A stretch of 32,000 bases of DNA from Promethearchaeota archaeon (GTDB taxonomy: Archaea; Asgardarchaeota; Lokiarchaeia; Sigyniarchaeales; Promethearchaeaceae): NCBI GenBank assembly GCA_016933055.1, contig JAFGBS010000009.1, positions 420,001-452,000 on the forward strand, read 5' to 3'. The notes below the pieces were generated by a model. That model searched no databases and had not been told where the DNA came from. It was given only the letters and a program-made list of their open reading frames with translations. Position numbers and translations under genes: made by a program. Below, in pieces: positions 26,263 to 32,000 of this stretch (positions are counted from its first letter, which is position 1; every line of letters begins with the position of its first letter).

Positions 26263-26687
26263 AGTATGCCGAAATTCAGCACGATTTGTTCACTGTCGAT
26301 CCTGACTATCATTTAGCGCATTGTATTAGTAGTGATATTGCAGTAGATAAGGGAATTGCCGTTCTTTTCAACCAAAAATTCAATTTAAAAGCCCGATTAT
26401 TGAATATATCACCTAAAGACTTAGAACACCCCACTTGTGTTAAAATTGAGGGAACTCGTGTATTTAATCTCATCACTAAAGAATTGTATTATCATATTCC
26501 TACCTATAATTCAGTTAGACAGTCTCTTCTTAAAATGAGAAAACAAATTGAGGACGAACAGATAACTAAACTTGCAATGCCGAAAATCGCTTCTGGCTTG
26601 GATAGAAAAAAATGGGAAAAGATAAGGGATATAATTCACAATGTGTTTAAAGATACAGATATTGAGATTTTAATATGCTATCTCTAA
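26259..26687 (+). CDS. Macrodomain protein, TARG1/OARD1-like ADP-ribose hydrolase
   Basis: DLF, LAHCISSD, GIAVLF, NLITKE, PTYNSVRQSL, LAMPKIASGLDRKKW. ATGA overlap with the sulfatase. Confidence 0.85.
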   Translation: MKYAEIQHDLFTVDPDYHLAHCISSDIAVDKGIAVLFNQKFNLKARLLNISPKDLEHPTCVKIEGTRVFNLITKELYYHIPTYNSVRQSLLKMRKQIEDEQITKLAMPKIASGLDRKKWEKIRDIIHNVFKDTDIEILICYL

Positions 26688-26699
26688 TATTTGAAGAAA

Positions 26700-27146
26700 T
26701 TATTTGTAAAAACCTAATTTCTTTATATTTTTAGAAAAATCTTCCAATTTTTCGGGTAATAAATTAACTGGAGAATCATCATCTTCAAAGATAAAAATTC
26801 TGGATTTGTCATAGCCAAGAATATCTAATAATTCAATAGTATTTTGAAATCTAATTCGAGCTAAGTCAATTCCCCCCTTATACCGACATTGCTCTGCATT
26901 ACAAATACCAATAAAAATCCCATCCACTTTTTCTTGGACACATTTCAATAACATACCGCGATCTATTCGAGATGCACACATCACTCGTAAAAAGTGAATA
27001 TCGGTTGCATATTTCTTGGAAAGTAAATCTACTGGTTTATGCTTGTTTTTACTTTGCCAGTTACAAATAAAGGCAACAATTTTGGGATTTTTCTCTACAG
27101 TAGAAGCTTCTGTGATGGATTGTGTTTTCCGACTTTTTCGAGCCAT
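26700..27146 (-). CDS. MvhD/FlpD-like [2Fe-2S] protein (divergent)
   Basis: KIVAFICNW, RVMCASRID, VDGIFIGICNAEQCRY. Start overlaps the upstream stop (TGATG). Confidence 0.8.
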   Translation of the reverse strand: MARKSRKTQSITEASTVEKNPKIVAFICNWQSKNKHKPVDLLSKKYATDIHFLRVMCASRIDRGMLLKCVQEKVDGIFIGICNAEQCRYKGGIDLARIRFQNTIELLDILGYDKSRIFIFEDDDSPVNLLPEKLEDFSKNIKKLGFYK

Positions 27147-28936
27147 CAGTTACCATCTCCTGCAAATTTGGCTATTTCCTCAAAATATAATTCATCTGAC
27201 CAGTTTATTGTGGAAATTGCGTTTACTGGGCATTCAGATAAACACATTCCACAACATTCACATAACCTTGTATCTACTACTGCTTTCCGAATCTTGTAAT
27301 CTCCAAAAACATAGTGTATCATATTAATATCAAAGGAAATTGCCTGAATTGGACAAGTTTTAATGCACGTTCCACAGCCTATGCATCGATCTCGATCAAT
27401 TTGCATGATAGCACATCCGATACATCGCGTTGTTTCCATCTGGCCAGACTTATCACTTAATCCTAAGGACACTTCCTTAAATGTAGTATCTCGCTCCCGT
27501 TCTGGTATTTCATCTACATATTGTCTTTTGGTTGACCAGTTTCTCGGATCTAAGGGCGGTAATGGGATTGTCACATCATCCTTTGTATATAAACGCCCCG
27601 TACCTCCGAGATACATATCAATTGATTGCGCAGCAGTTCTACCGTGCCCAATAGCTTCAATCATCAGACCCGGCTTGATGAGATCTCCACCCGCAAACAC
27701 TCCTGACAAGCTTGTTTTTTGTGTATGAGGTTCAACGCTTAACCAACGATCTTTTCGAAACCAGTTCAATCCCTTAATTTCTTTCAAATATGATACATCT
27801 GGACTCTGTCCAATTGCCATGATGATTGTGTCTGCTTCGTATTCTATGTTTATATCTTCACAATATTGAGGACTAAATCTACCCGAATTATCAAATACCT
27901 CGGTACACTGTTTAAACACAATTTTGCGAACATGGTTTTCCTTATCAGTTAAAATAGCTTCTGGTCCCCAGCCATTGTTAATTCCTATATCCTCATCAAC
28001 ACATGCAGCAATTTCATGATCCCATGCAGGCATTTCCTCCCTTTGTTCTAAACAAACCAGTGTCAATTCTTTAGCGCCAAGACGTTTAGCAGAACGGACC
28101 GCGTCGACTGCTACATTTCCTCCTCCCACTACTACTACGCGTTCCCCAACTTCGGGGAGTTTTGTATTATTATAAATCGCAAGCTTCAAATCCTTAAGGA
28201 AATCTACTGCTTGGTAGACCTCGATTGCATGCTCTCCTTCGATTCCAATATAATTTCCTTTGGGCAATCCCGTGGATAAGAAAACTGCCTCATGCTTGGA
28301 CTGAACCTCTTTAAAACTAATATCTCTACCGACGGTGGTGTTTGTGAGAATCTTTACTCCCAGTTTTTCAATCAATCCTATTTCCCATAAGATTACTTTC
28401 ATTGGTAATCGGTATTCTGGAATACCAACAGTAGCCATACCTCCTGGAACGGGATTTGATTCATACATTGTTACATCATGCCCCAATCGCCGTAAAAAAT
28501 AAGCACAAGTTAAACCTGCTGGACCTGCTCCAATAATTCCAACGGATTTTCTCGTTGATGGCAAACAATCCTCATTTAATCCATCCGATTTCATTACTTT
28601 ATCCGCAGCATAACTTTTCAAAACACAAATATTTACCGCATTTTCTTTGTCAAGTTCTGCTCTCCGACATTGATCTTCGCAAGGATGAGGGCAAACACGA
28701 CCGCATATAGAGGAAAGAGGATTGTTTCTCCGCATAACTTTATACGCATCCAAATTTTCACCTCTAGCTATTAAGGCTAAAAATCCCGGTATATTAATGC
28801 CAGCGGGACAAGCATTGGCGCAGGGAGATATATATTTTTGATCTATAATATTATATACTTCTACTTTCTCACTGCTATGCTTGAGTAGTTTCCTTTCTTC
28901 CTTATCATTTAATTTTGGAGATTCAGATATTGTCAT
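27146..28936 (-). CDS. GltD/NfnB/SudA-like Fe-S flavoprotein with C-terminal 2x[4Fe-4S] ferredoxin domain (HdrA/HdrL-like tail)
   Basis: PCANACP...ICGRVCPHPCEDQCRR; IIGAGPAG; VGGGNVAVD; FAGGD; RCIGC; CIGCGTCIKTCP and CECCGMCLSECP. ATG at 28936 preferred because the 29050 start overlaps the upstream gene. Confidence 0.88.
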   Translation of the reverse strand: MTISESPKLNDKEERKLLKHSSEKVEVYNIIDQKYISPCANACPAGINIPGFLALIARGENLDAYKVMRRNNPLSSICGRVCPHPCEDQCRRAELDKENAVNICVLKSYAADKVMKSDGLNEDCLPSTRKSVGIIGAGPAGLTCAYFLRRLGHDVTMYESNPVPGGMATVGIPEYRLPMKVILWEIGLIEKLGVKILTNTTVGRDISFKEVQSKHEAVFLSTGLPKGNYIGIEGEHAIEVYQAVDFLKDLKLAIYNNTKLPEVGERVVVVGGGNVAVDAVRSAKRLGAKELTLVCLEQREEMPAWDHEIAACVDEDIGINNGWGPEAILTDKENHVRKIVFKQCTEVFDNSGRFSPQYCEDINIEYEADTIIMAIGQSPDVSYLKEIKGLNWFRKDRWLSVEPHTQKTSLSGVFAGGDLIKPGLMIEAIGHGRTAAQSIDMYLGGTGRLYTKDDVTIPLPPLDPRNWSTKRQYVDEIPERERDTTFKEVSLGLSDKSGQMETTRCIGCAIMQIDRDRCIGCGTCIKTCPIQAISFDINMIHYVFGDYKIRKAVVDTRLCECCGMCLSECPVNAISTINWSDELYFEEIAKFAGDGN

Positions 28937-28958
28937 GCTATTGTTCCTATGATTTGCT

Positions 28959-30194
28959 CTAGATTTTTTGAGTATATTTTGCAATAAAGGCTGCGAGGTC
29001 CATAACTTTGATACTTTCTGGTTTTTCATTACCCTCATCATCAGTCTCATTCAAATAACAATTAAAGTGAGTGATACACTTTGGACAAGTAGTTATAAGA
29101 TATTCTGCGTCCGTATCTATTGCTTCATTAATTCTATTTTCCCGTAATATTTTTGTATTCGAATTGCATGAACGAAATGTAGATACACCACAGCAATTTG
29201 CGTCATCCCGAATTGCTTTCATTTCAATCAATTCAATTCCTGGAATGCTTTTTAGCACTTTACGGGGGGCATCGTATACTTTTCCCCCTAATCGTCCTAA
29301 TCGGCATGGATCATGATATGTCACCCTTGCTTTTACGGGGAATCGAGGTCCTAATAGGTGTAACAGATCTTGTTCGATAAGAAATTCAGAGAAGTGTTTT
29401 ACTTCAAAATCACAATTATCAACAAGTTTGGGATAATCAAACTTCCACATTCGATATCCCTCTGCGCACTCGACTATAATGGTTTTTACTCCCGACTTCT
29501 TATATTGGTTCACGTTATATTGGGCTAATTTTTTGGCAGTTTCGATATCACCAACCCAATAATTATCGTGCCCACAACATTTAGTTTCAAGCACTACAGG
29601 TGTAATTCCACCCTCATTCAAAATAGTTATCACTCCGCGGGGAGTATTTTTATATTGCGATCGGAATTGATAAAAAATATCATCCAAAAGTGACGTACAA
29701 CCAATAAAATATGCAATCTCTCCGGATTCTGTGATTTTTAGTGAAGAATCATTCTTGATGAAGCCAATGTCATTTGTTTTTAAATCTGATTCGCTTTGGA
29801 GTTTAGGATATAATTGCATAATTCCATCATGGGTGCTACCCTTAGTTAGTTCTTCTGTAAGTAAATCTTTATGATAGCCATATTCTCGTATACCTTGCAC
29901 GATCTCTGCTATAAGAACACCTTCACCGGCTTCATCTGAAGCCATTGGGCAGTAAATTGCACATTGCTCACATGTTAGACAATTAAAAAGCTTTTCATCT
30001 TGTATAAAAACATCTAAATCGTCAACACCATGAGTAACTAAGTTGTGAATGAAATCTTTTGGCGAGAAAATGCCTAATAAATGTGTAGGGCACACTACGA
30101 GGCATTTCCCACATGAGTAACAATAATTTGCTAGCTCCTTTACACGTTCCAGTTTTTTTGAGAGTTCTGGTGGGACTTGTTGTGCTTGAGTCAT
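28959..30194 (-). CDS. HdrD-like (Fe-S)-binding protein: 2x[4Fe-4S] plus two CCG domains
   Basis: CYSCGKCLVVCP, CLTCEQCAIYCP; CCG1 C-x39-CC-x35-CAEG; CCG2 C-x36-CC-x34-CPKC. ATG at 30194 preferred over the TTG at 30281. Confidence 0.88.
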   Translation of the reverse strand: MTQAQQVPPELSKKLERVKELANYCYSCGKCLVVCPTHLLGIFSPKDFIHNLVTHGVDDLDVFIQDEKLFNCLTCEQCAIYCPMASDEAGEGVLIAEIVQGIREYGYHKDLLTEELTKGSTHDGIMQLYPKLQSESDLKTNDIGFIKNDSSLKITESGEIAYFIGCTSLLDDIFYQFRSQYKNTPRGVITILNEGGITPVVLETKCCGHDNYWVGDIETAKKLAQYNVNQYKKSGVKTIIVECAEGYRMWKFDYPKLVDNCDFEVKHFSEFLIEQDLLHLLGPRFPVKARVTYHDPCRLGRLGGKVYDAPRKVLKSIPGIELIEMKAIRDDANCCGVSTFRSCNSNTKILRENRINEAIDTDAEYLITTCPKCITHFNCYLNETDDEGNEKPESIKVMDLAAFIAKYTQKI

Positions 30195-30379
30195 GAAGTT
30201 AACCTTTGAAAAACCAGTTCTATATCTAAAATCCTTAATTACATCAATTAAAGATTTCCACCTACTTCCCTCCAAATTCAAAAAATTTAGTAGTATTCAC
30301 CGCAATTAATCTAAAGGTTTTTTCCCCATTTTTCTATTTTCTATATTTTTTTACGATAGGAAATCATACATAAAGTAAG

Positions 30380-31714
30380 GTGCACCCTATTCGAATTTTC
30401 CTAGACCATCTTCATTACTATTTTGATATTATATTGAGAATTTTTCTTATTTTAACGGGAGTTGCAGCTATTTTTTACGTGTTAATCGCTATTATTGCAT
30501 TTTTAACGACCAAAAAAAAGACAGTACAAGAAAAATCTCTCCAATTATCAGATTTACCCACAGTTACGGTTCAAATTCCAACTTATAATGAATTAGCTGC
30601 ATTAAATTGCGTAAAACGATGCTTAAATTTTGACTATCCGATAGAGAGACTACAAATTATAATAGGAGATGATAGTTCGGACAAGAAAATTTCAAAACAA
30701 ATTGATCTTTTTGCATTGGAATATCCAGATCAAGTATTGGTTACTCGTCGCGGAAATAATCTCGGTTATAAACCAGGAAATCTTAACCACATGCTACAAT
30801 ATTCTACAGGAGAAATAATCGTAATTTTTGATTCAGATTTTCTTCCCAAAAAGGAATTCATGAAAGAAATTGTGAAACCATTTATTTTAAACCCTGAAAT
30901 TGCTGCGGTTCAAGCTCGCTGGAGTATAAGAAATTTTGAACAAAGCCTCAGTTCTTTATTTGGAGGCACTATAGCTTATTATACACATTATGTATTACTT
31001 CCTTTTACACAAAACATCGGAGGAACTTGTTTTTTGTGTGGATCCGCCGAGGCTATCCGAAAGAGTGTTCTGATTGAAATAGGAGAATGGTCTGAACACG
31101 CCTTAACTGAAGATATTGAATACACCCTACGGTTAATGATAAATAAGAAAAAAATTCTCTTTCTACCCCATTTAAAATGTGAGGGGGAAGCCCCTTTTAT
31201 TCTTATAGATCTATGCAAACAGCAAATGAGATGGGCTTATGGGAATATAAATGCTCTCAAAAAATATTTTAAATCTATTTTCAGTAGAAAACGAAAAAAA
31301 AGCATTTCATTTCGTGATCGAATGAGCGTGCTCATTTTCCTAATTAGCTACTGTTTTAGCTTTTTTGTATTTTTTTCAACCATATTTGGGTTTTTAGGTA
31401 TAGTAACAATAAATTTTAAAGGGATAACTCTCAATTGGGATTTCATTCTTTCTCCGTCTATACTTAATATCGTCATTATATCATGTTTAGTTGTTGTGTG
31501 GATAATATTAATGATACTGACAAAAAATACTCGATCGATTTTCAGAGTAACCTTATCTATGCTTACTGTTGGATTGGTTGCGACCTATTTCATTGTTTCT
31601 GGTATCATAAAAGCGCTATTTGGCAAAAAAATGAAATGGTTTATGGTGAAGAAGAAAGGAAATGATACATACCAGGTTGCAGAAAAACTTTCGAGTACTT
31701 CGACTGGTTCATAA
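30380..31714 (+). CDS. Processive GT2 glycosyltransferase (cellulose/glucomannan synthase-like)
   Basis: VQIPTYNE, IGDDSSD, GYKPGNL, IFDSDF, VQARW, LTED, QQMRW (31220-31234) give the D,D,D,QxxRW signature; one N-terminal and several C-terminal TM segments. Confidence 0.9.
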   Translation: MHPIRIFLDHLHYYFDIILRIFLILTGVAAIFYVLIAIIAFLTTKKKTVQEKSLQLSDLPTVTVQIPTYNELAALNCVKRCLNFDYPIERLQIIIGDDSSDKKISKQIDLFALEYPDQVLVTRRGNNLGYKPGNLNHMLQYSTGEIIVIFDSDFLPKKEFMKEIVKPFILNPEIAAVQARWSIRNFEQSLSSLFGGTIAYYTHYVLLPFTQNIGGTCFLCGSAEAIRKSVLIEIGEWSEHALTEDIEYTLRLMINKKKILFLPHLKCEGEAPFILIDLCKQQMRWAYGNINALKKYFKSIFSRKRKKSISFRDRMSVLIFLISYCFSFFVFFSTIFGFLGIVTINFKGITLNWDFILSPSILNIVIISCLVVVWIILMILTKNTRSIFRVTLSMLTVGLVATYFIVSGIIKALFGKKMKWFMVKKKGNDTYQVAEKLSSTSTGS

Positions 31715-31741
31715 CAAGTTTTTTTGGTCAAAGAAATTGAC

Positions 31742-32000
31742 ATGATATATATGAATGAACGGGAGATCGGTAAACAGTCTTTAATTACATCCTTATCAGA
31801 GATAGGTTTTACTTTCCTCCCGAATACCAAAAATATATTGCAAAAAACGCTGGAATTACAAAAAGGAAAGAAAGTCACGTGGATCTGGAGTTTCTGTGAT
31901 CAAATAGACTGTATAACGAACTTAAATAAACATAATTCATCATATTTAATTATCCATATTAACAGAAGCCCCAAAAACATAATTGCGGCACTTTTTCACG
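31742..32000 (+). CDS. Hypothetical ORF, truncated by window end
   Basis: ATG at 31742 (or 31751) opens a frame with no stop to base 32000 (MIYMNEREIGKQSLITSLSEIG...), 27 nt after the GT2 stop. Not in the supplied ORF track. Confidence 0.45.
   Translation, partial: MIYMNEREIGKQSLITSLSEIGFTFLPNTKNILQKTLELQKGKKVTWIWSFCDQIDCITNLNKHNSSYLIIHINRSPKNIIAALFH

Noticed and set aside
27144-27148. TGA as selenocysteine or readthrough fusing the flavoprotein to MvhD
   Set aside because: The TGATG overlap puts MvhD in a different frame, which is ordinary translational coupling. No in-frame TGA occurs at a Cys position.
28937-29050. N-terminal extension of the flavoprotein in the ORF track
   Set aside because: It overlaps the HdrD-like 3' end by about 90 nt; the ATG at 28936 gives a normal 22-nt gap.
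165-31665. The many 60-125 aa ORFs antisense to or nested in long genes (e.g. 165-410, 3371-3661, 13352-13723, 15138-15449, 22616-22990, 25916-26260, 27363-27728)
   Set aside because: They lie within well-supported genes and have no recognisable motifs; such ORFs are expected by chance.
31585-31878. 97-aa minus-strand ORF
   Set aside because: It overlaps the GT2 3' end and the open plus-strand ORF, has a GTG start and no motif; likely a shadow ORF.
1-32000. CRISPR array, tRNA/rRNA, IS element or prophage
   Set aside because: No regularly spaced repeats, no intergenic gap that looks like a tRNA or rRNA, and no transposase, integrase or phage structural motifs seen by eye. A tRNAscan/Infernal run would be needed to be certain.

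Overview
AT-rich, gene-dense prokaryotic window with about 26 CDSs. I found no rRNA, tRNA, CRISPR array or transposase. The gene content (eukaryote-like Rpn11/CSN5-type JAMM protein, divergent small GTPase, Hdr/Mvh-type redox genes, TTTATATA-type promoters, T-tract terminators) suggests an anaerobic Asgard archaeon, probably Lokiarchaeia; this is inference, not a database result. Contents in order: truncated NADH:rubredoxin/NirB-like flavoprotein; MFS transporter; a six-gene minus-strand run (JAMM protease, PhnN, MoxR AAA+, HExxH-vWA protein, MgsA-like, MglA-like GTPase); zinc-ribbon protein; nadA; cysS; class III aminotransferase; orphan N6-adenine DNA methyltransferase; Lrp regulator; tandem glutamate dehydrogenase pair; DUF1028; hydrolase cluster (GH2 beta-mannosidase, ceramidase-like, sulfamidase-like sulfatase, TARG1-like macrodomain); HdrD-like / GltD-NfnB-like / MvhD-like redox operon; processive GT2 synthase. 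The strongest leads are a GDH pseudoenzyme that has lost all three active-site lysines but stays intact with a strong Shine-Dalgarno site, the MoxR(+4Cys insert)/HExxH-vWA pair near a JAMM protease, the hydrogenase-free Hdr-like module, and the lysosome-like cytoplasmic hydrolase cluster. All motif calls were read by eye and none has been confirmed by a search.
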